Of a stretch of DNA of 64,000 bases, positions 48,068 through 56,395 are shown in pieces. The stretch's first letter is position 1. Each line of letters begins with the position of its first letter. The notes beneath the pieces are model-generated. The model searched no databases. It was not told the origin of the DNA and saw only the letters and a list, made by a program, of their open reading frames with translations. A program made the translations under genes and the position numbers. Origin of the DNA: Candidatus Omnitrophota bacterium (GTDB lineage: Bacteria; Omnitrophota; Gorgyraeia; Gygaellales; JAQTUX01); the NCBI GenBank assembly GCA_028707125.1, contig JAQTUX010000002.1, positions 144,355 through 208,354 of the forward strand, read 5' to 3'.

Positions 48068-49209
48068 TAAGAAATCCTTTTGTTTAATAACCTGCTGTTT
48101 ATCCTGAGCCCTTTCAAGATCTTTGTTATTCTTTCAGACGCCCTGCCGTCGCCGTATGGATTCCTATCCTTCATAAGCCGCCTTCTAAAATTCATATCAA
48201 AAATCGCCTTCTTAATCGCGGACTTGATCTCGTTCTTATCATACCCCGTATCTATCACGTTAGCCGCCCTTTCCCTGCCTTGCTGCCTTGCGCCTACATT
48301 AACTGCCGGCAGATGAAATGACGGGGCCTCAATGATCCCAGAACTGGAATTCCCGACCAGGGCGCCTGCCAGACCCATAAGCCCCAGGTAATCTCCATAA
48401 GGGATACTCCTGAATATCCGTATAAAGGGATACCTTCTATATTTTTCAATAATGCCTATAATGTCCCTGCTGCCGGCATCCGCGTTAGGGTAAATTACGA
48501 TCGTCTGATGCCCCAATTCTTTGAGGGCCTCCATTGTCTGTTTCATTTGACGCCCGGCATTATCAACATCCATAGTAACCGGATGTTGGATCGCCAAAAT
48601 AACCGGCTTAGAGAGGTCCAGATCATACCTGCGCGGCAGGCCCTCCCTGGAAGTCGCGAACCTGCCGTTGACGATATTATCCAGGCCAGGCGCGCCCACA
48701 ACATTTATGCGCCAGGCATCCTCCCCCATCCTTTTTATCCTCCCGGCTGCCTGGCGGGTAGCCGCCAAATGAAAATGAGAAAGTTTAGTTATCGCGTGCC
48801 GGACGGTCTCGTCAACCGTGGAAGTAACCTCTCCTCCGTGAATATGGACCACGGGTATTGACATATAGGAGCCTGTAATCGCCGCCCCCAGCATCTCCGC
48901 TCTGTCTCCCAATATAAGAATAATGTCGGGGGCGATCCTGCCGATACCCCTGGCAAACTTTGAGGTAAAATCGCCTATAAATCCGGCCATGGACCGCTTA
49001 TCATTGCCCTTGTATACCGCCCTGATTATGTGGACGGGAATATTATCCTTTCTTATCTCGTTAACCGTCTTGCCGAATTCCGGCATCAGATGCATGCCCG
49101 TGGCAACGATATCCAGCTTAAGGCCGGGATGCCCCTTAATGGCAGACAATGTATTCCTCATCAGTCCATACTCAGCCCGCGTACCGGAAACATACAGGAT
49201 ATTTCTCAT
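48064..49209 (-). CDS. legG: Hydrolysing NDP-N-acetylhexosamine 2-epimerase (NeuC/LegG family).
   Basis: MRNILYVSGTRAEYGLM...HIHGGEVT...GNSSSGIIEAP matches NeuC-type epimerase_2 motifs. 381 aa. Confidence 0.8.
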   Translation of the reverse strand: MRNILYVSGTRAEYGLMRNTLSAIKGHPGLKLDIVATGMHLMPEFGKTVNEIRKDNIPVHIIRAVYKGNDKRSMAGFIGDFTSKFARGIGRIAPDIILILGDRAEMLGAAITGSYMSIPVVHIHGGEVTSTVDETVRHAITKLSHFHLAATRQAAGRIKRMGEDAWRINVVGAPGLDNIVNGRFATSREGLPRRYDLDLSKPVILAIQHPVTMDVDNAGRQMKQTMEALKELGHQTIVIYPNADAGSRDIIGIIEKYRRYPFIRIFRSIPYGDYLGLMGLAGALVGNSSSGIIEAPSFHLPAVNVGARQQGRERAANVIDTGYDKNEIKSAIKKAIFDMNFRRRLMKDRNPYGDGRASERITKILKGLRINSRLLNKRISY

Positions 49210-50222
49210 ATTAAATCATGAAACCTTATCAAGGAATCCTTCTTAAGGCCCCTTCTGGCTTCTCTGCCTATTATTCTATCTAAGTATTTTGGGGCGACTC
49301 CGATGCCCGGCCTTTTAATATCGATCGCGTCATTCGTTATCTTGGCGCCCTTGGGTATATCTATTTTCGCCACTATGCTTTTCCTGACATGTCTTTTGAT
49401 CCTTTTCTCATCCCTGGTGGGCGCCTTGACCCCGTTACCGATGGCCTTCTCGGTATTCCGTATCCCATCCACCAAGCTCTTTAACTGGTCCGGCTCAAGG
49501 CTCATCATGTGGTCCGGCCCTTTCATATTCCTGTCTAAGGTAAAATGTTTCTCTATTACTGTGGCGCCCAGGGCAACTGCCGCGATAGAGATCTCGATGC
49601 CTTCCGTATGGTCGGAATATCCCACGTTGACACCCAGGGCGTCTCTTATGGTAAGCATGGCCAGAAGATTGACATCCCTATAGGCAGCCGGATAAGCCGT
49701 TGTGCAGTGCAAAAAGGTTATATTGTTTTTAGAAACACCTGAACGCACCAGAATATTTAACGCCTGTCTGGCCTCGTCCAGGTCTGCCATGCCGGTAGAG
49801 ACAATGACCCTTTTCCCTATACCTCCTATCTTTCTTAGATAGGGAATATTCGTTATTTCTCCCGAAGGTATCTTGAATATCCTCAGCCCCAGCCCGTTAA
49901 GCAGGTCTATGCTCTCCAAATCGAACGGGCTTGATAAAAACGCTATCCGTTTCTGCCGGCAATGACGGATAAGTTCTCTGTGGGCATCCAGGCCAAGCTC
50001 CAGCTTTTCTAACATCTGAAGCTGCGATTCATTTCTGGCTGTGGCCCGGAGCTGATACCCTGCCTTCAGAGCGAGTCTGCTGGCCAGCCGGCGCGCCCGG
50101 AATGTCTGAAATTTGACCGCGTCGGCTCCGGCATAAGAAGCGGCGTCTATCAGCCGTTTGGCCAATTTAACGCTTCCGTTGTGGTTAACCCCTGCCTCTG
50201 CTATTATAAAAACCTTACTCAT
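49206..50222 (-). CDS. legI: Nonulosonic acid synthase (NeuB family; N-acetylneuraminate/legionaminate synthase).
   Basis: [26 protein letters not shown]...KFQTF...SSPFD motifs. 338 aa. Confidence 0.85.
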   Translation of the reverse strand: MSKVFIIAEAGVNHNGSVKLAKRLIDAASYAGADAVKFQTFRARRLASRLALKAGYQLRATARNESQLQMLEKLELGLDAHRELIRHCRQKRIAFLSSPFDLESIDLLNGLGLRIFKIPSGEITNIPYLRKIGGIGKRVIVSTGMADLDEARQALNILVRSGVSKNNITFLHCTTAYPAAYRDVNLLAMLTIRDALGVNVGYSDHTEGIEISIAAVALGATVIEKHFTLDRNMKGPDHMMSLEPDQLKSLVDGIRNTEKAIGNGVKAPTRDEKRIKRHVRKSIVAKIDIPKGAKITNDAIDIKRPGIGVAPKYLDRIIGREARRGLKKDSLIRFHDLI

Positions 50223-51931
50223 AAGCGGCCTTCAAATTTATGCCTCAAGGGATAAAAAGAAACAGCCGGCAATTCAGGCAAACCTTTATCAAGCCATCTA
50301 CGATAGGGGACGTCGGGATATTTTAAAAGGATCTCCCGATTTACCAATAACTCCCCTTCCCTGTAATGTATGAATATCAACTTCCTGAAATCAAAGGCAT
50401 CCTCTCCCCAATGCGAAAGCCGCCTCAATCTGCCGTCATCCGGGCCGCCGGGCAATCTTCTCTTTTTAAGTTCGGCGGCAGTGCATACCTTGTATCTCCG
50501 GAATGACTCCGGCTGCCCTGATGCCGCATACAACAGGTTCAGGGGAAACTCAAAATCATAATAATTATTCAGGTCGGCATAAAAATAGCCGTTCTCCATA
50601 TTAAAAAACGGTATGGCGGCCTGGGCGTCCGCAAAGAACATCGCCTCCGGCGGAAGGGCGGGAAAACGCTCCCTAAACGCCTGAAAAAATCTGCTTTCTT
50701 CCTGCCATCCCCTGAAATACAAGTCAAGGTTAACATTGTTGAAAAAGACGCCCAACCCGAAAAAAGACGCCAGAAAAACACGATACAGCCTCGCCCTGAT
50801 ATTTGAGCCGGCAGACGCCCTGAATATCAAGTATAAAAAGGCGGCGGCTAAAACAGACCAGCCAAACTGCAGTATTATGCCATGCCTTGAGCTTGAGCCA
50901 GGGGCACCGGCATTGCCGACATATAAATACATAATCATCGGAAAGACCAGCAATACAGAGCCAAACAACATAGAAAACCCGAACCAACCACCGTCATCCT
51001 TGCGCTGCTCTGCAATAATTATCCGCCTCAAAGCATAAAAGCTCAAAATTCCGGCAGTTACCCCCAATAGCACCGACCAGCCGTTTACAGACGGAAAATG
51101 CCTTGCGAAAATATACCAACTCTGGAATAAAAGATATTTTAACGCCTGCGGATATTTGGCTAAATTAAGCATCCCCGAAAAATTCCCCGCGTATGCCCCT
51201 TCGTAGATACCGTAGGGGCTGAATTTTAATTTATATACGACCAAGGGTGCGCACAACAACAGAAATGGCGACCAGGCGGTCATCGCCTTCTTCAGTGACC
51301 TTCTCCAGCTCCCTGTATCCAGGGCAAGCAGGCGGCATATCAAAATAAACCTTGCCGGTTCCAAAGCCACTGTCCCCTCCATAAGCAGATAGGCAACCGC
51401 TGAAATCCCCAGTGCCGCGGACAAAAACCGCAGCCGCCCGCTGCCTGTAAATGCCCTGTATGTCAAATAAAAGGAAATGACGCTCAAGCATACACCCAGG
51501 CGATAATAAAGATTGGCGTAAACAGGCATTGAGCTATCCAAAGGGGATGCCAGAAAACAACCGGCAGCCAAAAAGGCCAAAAGGCGGCTTTTCCCGGACA
51601 GACCCCTGATAAAAATATAAATAAAGGCCGCTGACACGACCTCTATGAATATGGCGGCGGAATGCCATATCATATAAGCATGGTCCGATACCTTATGAAG
51701 ATTAAAAAGATAATACAGGAATGCGCCTTGCGGTATCCTTCTCATCTGCGCAAAACCCATATTGATAAATTCACCCGGGCTGCCGCTTGAATATGCCGAT
51801 ATAAGCCAGCAATTATCGTCCCAGGCGGCGTTATGGAACAAATATAACCTGCCGTAGCTTAACAGCGCCAGAAATACAATAAATACCGGAGTATAAAAAT
51901 CGCCTCTTTTAGACATCATAACCGGCAGCAA
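50219..51931 (-). CDS. Multi-pass integral membrane protein, probably a GT-C-like glycosyltransferase. Function unknown.
   Basis: 570 aa. It has about 11 hydrophobic helices and a ~130-aa soluble C-terminus. The first loop ([21 protein letters not shown]) resembles the ArnT/PMT-like paralogues. Confidence 0.4.
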   Translation of the reverse strand: MLPVMMSKRGDFYTPVFIVFLALLSYGRLYLFHNAAWDDNCWLISAYSSGSPGEFINMGFAQMRRIPQGAFLYYLFNLHKVSDHAYMIWHSAAIFIEVVSAAFIYIFIRGLSGKSRLLAFLAAGCFLASPLDSSMPVYANLYYRLGVCLSVISFYLTYRAFTGSGRLRFLSAALGISAVAYLLMEGTVALEPARFILICRLLALDTGSWRRSLKKAMTAWSPFLLLCAPLVVYKLKFSPYGIYEGAYAGNFSGMLNLAKYPQALKYLLFQSWYIFARHFPSVNGWSVLLGVTAGILSFYALRRIIIAEQRKDDGGWFGFSMLFGSVLLVFPMIMYLYVGNAGAPGSSSRHGIILQFGWSVLAAAFLYLIFRASAGSNIRARLYRVFLASFFGLGVFFNNVNLDLYFRGWQEESRFFQAFRERFPALPPEAMFFADAQAAIPFFNMENGYFYADLNNYYDFEFPLNLLYAASGQPESFRRYKVCTAAELKKRRLPGGPDDGRLRRLSHWGEDAFDFRKLIFIHYREGELLVNREILLKYPDVPYRRWLDKGLPELPAVSFYPLRHKFEGRL

Positions 51932-53031
51932 AACTCCTTCACCGCTTCCGCAACCGCAGTAATTTCCTCCTTAGTGATCTCCGGATACAAAGGCAGAGAA
52001 ATAACCTCCTCTGCCGCTAATTCCGCGTTAGGCAGATCGCCCTTTTTGTAAGACAGCTCCTTATATATCTCCTGGAGGTGCAAAGGCAGGGGATAATGAA
52101 CCGCGCCGATAATATCTTTCGCCTTTAAGAACTTGAGGAGCTCGTCCCTCTGTTTAAGCCGGATAACGTAAAGGTGAAAAACATGCCTGCCTTCTCTGAT
52201 CGTCCCGGGAATGGCCAGCTCCTCAGACAGGCCGGACTTTTTGAAAAGCTCATTGTATACCTCGGCCTTCTCTATCCTCTGCTCATTCCATTTATTCAGA
52301 TATCTTAATTTCACGCGTAAGATCGCCGCCTGCAATTCATCCAGGCGGCTGTTGCGGCCGCGGGTAACACAGTAATACCTCTCCCTGCAGCCATGGACAC
52401 GCAGCACGCGCAGCCTGTCGGCGATATCTTGATTGTCTGTGACCGCTACTCCGCCGTCTCCGTAAGCGCCAAGGTTCTTGCTGGGGTAAAAACTGAAACA
52501 GCCGCAGTCGCCGAAAGAGCCGACTTTTCTGCCCTTATATTCGGCCCCTATTGCCTGGGCGCAGTCCTCAATGATCATCAAATTATGATCCCTGGCGATC
52601 TTGATCAGCTCATCCATCCGGCAGGGCTGGCCGTAAAGATGCACGGGGATTATGGCTTTTGTCTTTTTGGTGACTTTCCTCCTTACTTCCTCAGGGTCAA
52701 TATTATATGTATCAAGGTCTATATCGGCAAAGACCGGGCGCGCGCCCACCGAACAAACTGCCTCGGAGGTGGCAAGAAAGGTAAAAGGCGTAGTAATGAC
52801 TTCGTCATTCTCACCGATATTTAAAGCCCTGAGGGCCAATTCCAACGCGTCTGTGCCGGATGCGACCCCTACCGCGAACTTAACGCCCAGAAAAGAGGCC
52901 ACCTCCTCTTCCAGGCGCCGCACATTTTCCCCTAAAATGAATGAGCCGCTATCCAGCACCCTCTGGATAGCCCCGTCTATCTCCCCTTTAATGCTCTGGT
53001 ATTGCAGTCTTAAATCCAGCGGCGGAATCAT
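51916..53031 (-). CDS. DegT/DnrJ/EryC1-family sugar aminotransferase.
   Basis: 371 aa. Motifs: [42 protein letters not shown]. Confidence 0.85.
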   Translation of the reverse strand: MIPPLDLRLQYQSIKGEIDGAIQRVLDSGSFILGENVRRLEEEVASFLGVKFAVGVASGTDALELALRALNIGENDEVITTPFTFLATSEAVCSVGARPVFADIDLDTYNIDPEEVRRKVTKKTKAIIPVHLYGQPCRMDELIKIARDHNLMIIEDCAQAIGAEYKGRKVGSFGDCGCFSFYPSKNLGAYGDGGVAVTDNQDIADRLRVLRVHGCRERYYCVTRGRNSRLDELQAAILRVKLRYLNKWNEQRIEKAEVYNELFKKSGLSEELAIPGTIREGRHVFHLYVIRLKQRDELLKFLKAKDIIGAVHYPLPLHLQEIYKELSYKKGDLPNAELAAEEVISLPLYPEITKEEITAVAEAVKEFCCRL

Positions 53032-53080
53032 TATCGCTAACCTCTCCTTTCTCTAAAGCACATTCTCCGGCGTCAATATT

Positions 53081-53704
53081 TTACGCCATTGAATAAAAAC
53101 TGATCCCTGACAACTCCTTGTCGTTATTGAGCCTGTGTAAGATCTCGTCATTATATCTTATTGACGTAACCAATACCGCGTCCGGCCTTAATTCCTTTAT
53201 GATCCGCGGGGGCTGCACAATAAATCCGAACATCTTATTGTTATGCTTATTTTCATCATCATCTGTTATGCCTAAAACCGAAAACTCAAAACCAGAGCCA
53301 TTTATAATAATAAACACCACTTCTAAGACCTCGCCCGCCCCATAGCATACTATGCGCTTATGCCCCGCGGTAGAAAGCGTGTTAAGGCTGGCAGTTACCT
53401 TATCTCTTAAGGCGGAATAATAGCTGACGGTGTGTTGAAGAAAATGATAGGCCAGTCTGGCTTTTTCGCTGAAACCTTTAGGGGTAAGATAGTAACCTAT
53501 CCGCTTGTGATTAATGCCTTGGGCCTTTACCAGCCCTTTGCTGACCATCTTTTTCAGGCAGGCATTGGTCACACCCAGGGCTACGCCTAAACGCTGGGAA
53601 AGTTTGCGCTGTGAAACAGTGGAGTCCTTAGCTATCTCCTCCAATAACTGAAGATTGCGTAAGTTTTCGGTAGGTTTTAAAAACTTGTCTTGCAATTCCG
53701 GCAT
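53081..53704 (-). CDS. Putative transcriptional regulator with an N-terminal winged-helix and a C-terminal Rossmann-like domain (a Rex-like layout).
   Basis: The N-terminus reads as a helix-turn-helix (TVSQRKLSQRLGVALGVTNACLKKMVSKGLV). The C-terminus (KRIVCYGAGEVLEVV...GFIVQPP...DAVLVTS) resembles a CoA/NAD-binding Rossmann domain. It is the first gene after the only large intergenic gap. Confidence 0.45.
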   Translation of the reverse strand: MPELQDKFLKPTENLRNLQLLEEIAKDSTVSQRKLSQRLGVALGVTNACLKKMVSKGLVKAQGINHKRIGYYLTPKGFSEKARLAYHFLQHTVSYYSALRDKVTASLNTLSTAGHKRIVCYGAGEVLEVVFIIINGSGFEFSVLGITDDDENKHNNKMFGFIVQPPRIIKELRPDAVLVTSIRYNDEILHRLNNDKELSGISFYSMA

Positions 53705-53900
53705 GTAATTTTGGCCTGTTGCCCTGAAAAACCCGAGTTTTCCGGGGGGTGGCGTTCTAAAAATGAACGATTACCATTTTACGGCTTTTGCCCTGCTTTG
53801 TCAAGTGACTTCTGCGTTCAAATCAGCCGGAAAAAGCCGCTATCTTAAGCTCGTATCTTCTTCAAATGCAATTGGTTTTGCTCCTGTAGAAAAGGCGGGA
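53705..53900 (-). promoter_or_regulatory. Largest intergenic region in the window; candidate promoter/operator or attenuator for the regulator gene and the downstream nonulosonic-acid genes.
   Basis: It is a 196 bp non-coding gap in an otherwise gap-free locus. It contains a weak stem followed by a T-run (CCCGGAAAACTCGGGTTTTT on the transcribed strand) about 30 nt upstream of the regulator start. Confidence 0.3.
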
Positions 53901-55439
53901 TTAAGCGCGCTGCATAAGGCGGTTGAGGATCTTGATCTTTCTGAATTTGGACAAAATAAACCTTTCCGTTTTTAGTTCCTGCCTGCCTGACAGGACATTC
54001 AATACCACGCGGCCGGTTTTAACCGGATGGAAGGCCGCCTTGACTCCATGGAACAAAAGGTAACCGGAGATCTGGTAGACCTTTAATTCCCAATCAGCGA
54101 TATCCTCTGACCAGGACCTGGCCTTACCGATGTCGCCCATTGATATCAATGAGGCGAAGAATGCCTCGTCTACCTTTATTTTTCCTGCTTTGCGGAGTTT
54201 ATCAAACAATTTTGCTCCCGGCAAAGGGGCAAACAGCCCTGCCACACATTCATCAACGCCGTTCTTCGCCAGCCGCATCATCAAGCCTAATGTCTTAAAA
54301 ATATCGCCTTTTTTCTCTCCGGGGAACCCCATAATGAAGTATACCGACGTCTTGATCTTGGCCCTATTCGCGATCCTGGCGACCTTGATGATCTCCTCCA
54401 GATCCAGGGACTTGCCGATGATCTCATCAAGCACCCTTTTTGAGCCGGATTCCGGAGCCAGGATAATATTGGTGCATCCTGCCTCAACCATCCTGGAGAT
54501 GATCTCCGCGTTCATCCTATGCGGCCTTATTCCGTTTGCCGGCTGCCAGTTGATCTTAACCCCCTGCCTGATAAGCTCATCGCAAAATGCCAGCAATCTG
54601 CCCGGCTCAGTATTCATGTTCTCATCTTCAAAGTGGACCTCTTCGATCCCGTACTTCTTTTGCAGGAATATTATTTCCTCAACCACCTTTTTAGGGTCCC
54701 GTGGGCGCCATTTCCTTCTCCAGATCCCGGGGGTGGTGCAAAATGAACAATCATAGGGGCAGCCCCTTGAAAATAACATGACTGTCCACTTGTCAGACCT
54801 CGTGCAGCCGTGCGGCTCCCTGAACCTGAAATAATTATTCATGGGAACGGCATCCCAATCCGGATAAGGCAGGGAATCCACATCCTGCAATAACTCAATA
54901 TCCTTATTGATAATAAGCCCGGAACCATGCTTAAAACATAACCCGGGGATATCCTTCAAATCAGAAAGATCGACTTCCCATTGATTTCCAGCCAATGCCC
55001 GGCATAGCTTAAGGAAGGTGATCTCCGCCTCTCCCACGCAAACAAAATCAACGCATCCGGACATCAGCATGTATTCGGGCAGGGCCGATGCATGCGCCCC
55101 TCCCAGGACCAGGACCGCCTTAGGCAGCCTCTCTTTGATCGATCTGCATAGGTCCATTACAAACGCGTGCGCTATTGAGAATAAACAGGAGATCCCTATG
55201 ACCCTGGTTGCAGGATGGATCTTTTCTATAAGTTCCGAAGGCCGCAAGCCCCTATAGGCGCTGCCTTTATATTTATAATACTGGCCGGGATTCTCGCCAA
55301 GGCCGTCGATCAGATGCACTCTAAAATTATTTTTTTTAAGAATCGATGAGATGTACAGCAGGCCAAGCGGAGGTGTGACCCCGTCGGTAACCTGCGTAGG
55401 GGAAGAAAATTGCGCGGGATTGATAAGCGTTATGTCCAT
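53901..55439 (-). CDS. Cobalamin-binding (class B) radical SAM enzyme, paralogue 7 of 7.
   Basis: 512 aa. The N-terminus is MDITLINPAQF...LIDG...LGGAHAS. Radical SAM motif: FSRGCPYDCSFCT. Confidence 0.85.
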   Translation of the reverse strand: MDITLINPAQFSSPTQVTDGVTPPLGLLYISSILKKNNFRVHLIDGLGENPGQYYKYKGSAYRGLRPSELIEKIHPATRVIGISCLFSIAHAFVMDLCRSIKERLPKAVLVLGGAHASALPEYMLMSGCVDFVCVGEAEITFLKLCRALAGNQWEVDLSDLKDIPGLCFKHGSGLIINKDIELLQDVDSLPYPDWDAVPMNNYFRFREPHGCTRSDKWTVMLFSRGCPYDCSFCTTPGIWRRKWRPRDPKKVVEEIIFLQKKYGIEEVHFEDENMNTEPGRLLAFCDELIRQGVKINWQPANGIRPHRMNAEIISRMVEAGCTNIILAPESGSKRVLDEIIGKSLDLEEIIKVARIANRAKIKTSVYFIMGFPGEKKGDIFKTLGLMMRLAKNGVDECVAGLFAPLPGAKLFDKLRKAGKIKVDEAFFASLISMGDIGKARSWSEDIADWELKVYQISGYLLFHGVKAAFHPVKTGRVVLNVLSGRQELKTERFILSKFRKIKILNRLMQRA

Positions 55440-55463
55440 AAGCGCTGCGGCCCCGTTTATATT

Positions 55464-56393
55464 CTAGAAATTGACCTTTTTCTCTATTATATACTCAGGA
55501 CGGCCCTTTACTTCATCAAAGATACTTCCAATATACGACCCCAATATGCCTACGGTCAAAAGCTGGATCCCGCCGAAGAAAATGATTATGACCAAAGTAG
55601 AGGCCCAGCCGGAGGTCCTTCTGAAATCAGATAAAAATACATAAGCGACCAGGCAAAAAGACAAGATTATGCTGGCAAACCCCATTCCCATGGCCAGCTG
55701 CAGGGGTTTCTTGGTAAAATAAAATATGCCTGTCCCCGCGAACTTCACCATCCTGCGGAACGGATACTTTGTCCTGCCTGCGGCGCGCAGATCACGCTGG
55801 TAATAGATCGGGGCCTGTTTAAACCCCACCCAGCTTATTAAACCGCGGATATATTTATTCTTTTCCCGTAAATTCTTGAATTCTTCGATCACCTTTCTAT
55901 CGATCAACCTGAAATCGCCGGTATCTAAGGGCAGCCTTACCTCAGACAGGCTGTTAAGTATCCTGTAAAAGAACTTTGCCGTAAATTTCTTAAAAAAACC
56001 CTCCCCCTTCCTGCTTGTCCTTACCCCGTATACCACATTGCATTTCTCTTCATCATGTTTTTTTATCATCTCAGGGATAAGCTCAGGAGGGTCCTGCAGG
56101 TCCGCGTCTATAATGACGGCTATGTCGCCGCTGCAATTCTTAATGCCGGACGATACCGCGGCCTGATGCCCGAAATTCCTGGAAAAACTGATCACCTTTA
56201 CGCCCTTGTCCTGCGCCGCTATCTGTTCTAAAATACCCGGCGTGCCGTCTTTACTCCCATCGTCGATAAATATGATCTCGCGGCTGTTGTAACCGTTGGC
56301 GTCCAGGACCCCCTTGACCCTTACGTAGGTTTCCCGGATCACCGGCTCTTCATTATAACAAGGTATCAGGATAGAAATCTTATGTTCAGGCAT
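55464..56393 (-). CDS. Family-2 polyprenol-phosphate glycosyltransferase (ArnC/GtrB/DPM-synthase-like) with two C-terminal transmembrane helices.
   Basis: ISILIPCYNEEPVI...FIDDGSKDGT...IDADLQDPPE, plus a hydrophobic C-terminal pair. This layout is typical of ArnC/GtrB. Confidence 0.75.
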   Translation of the reverse strand: MPEHKISILIPCYNEEPVIRETYVRVKGVLDANGYNSREIIFIDDGSKDGTPGILEQIAAQDKGVKVISFSRNFGHQAAVSSGIKNCSGDIAVIIDADLQDPPELIPEMIKKHDEEKCNVVYGVRTSRKGEGFFKKFTAKFFYRILNSLSEVRLPLDTGDFRLIDRKVIEEFKNLREKNKYIRGLISWVGFKQAPIYYQRDLRAAGRTKYPFRRMVKFAGTGIFYFTKKPLQLAMGMGFASIILSFCLVAYVFLSDFRRTSGWASTLVIIIFFGGIQLLTVGILGSYIGSIFDEVKGRPEYIIEKKVNF

Positions 56394-56395
56394 TC

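Noticed and set aside
53763-53975. 70-aa plus-strand ORF inside the large intergenic gap, considered as a small divergent regulator.
   Set aside because: It has no Shine-Dalgarno sequence upstream. Its 3' part overlaps the end of the radical SAM #7 gene on the opposite strand. It shows no recognisable fold. I kept the region as non-coding regulatory DNA instead.
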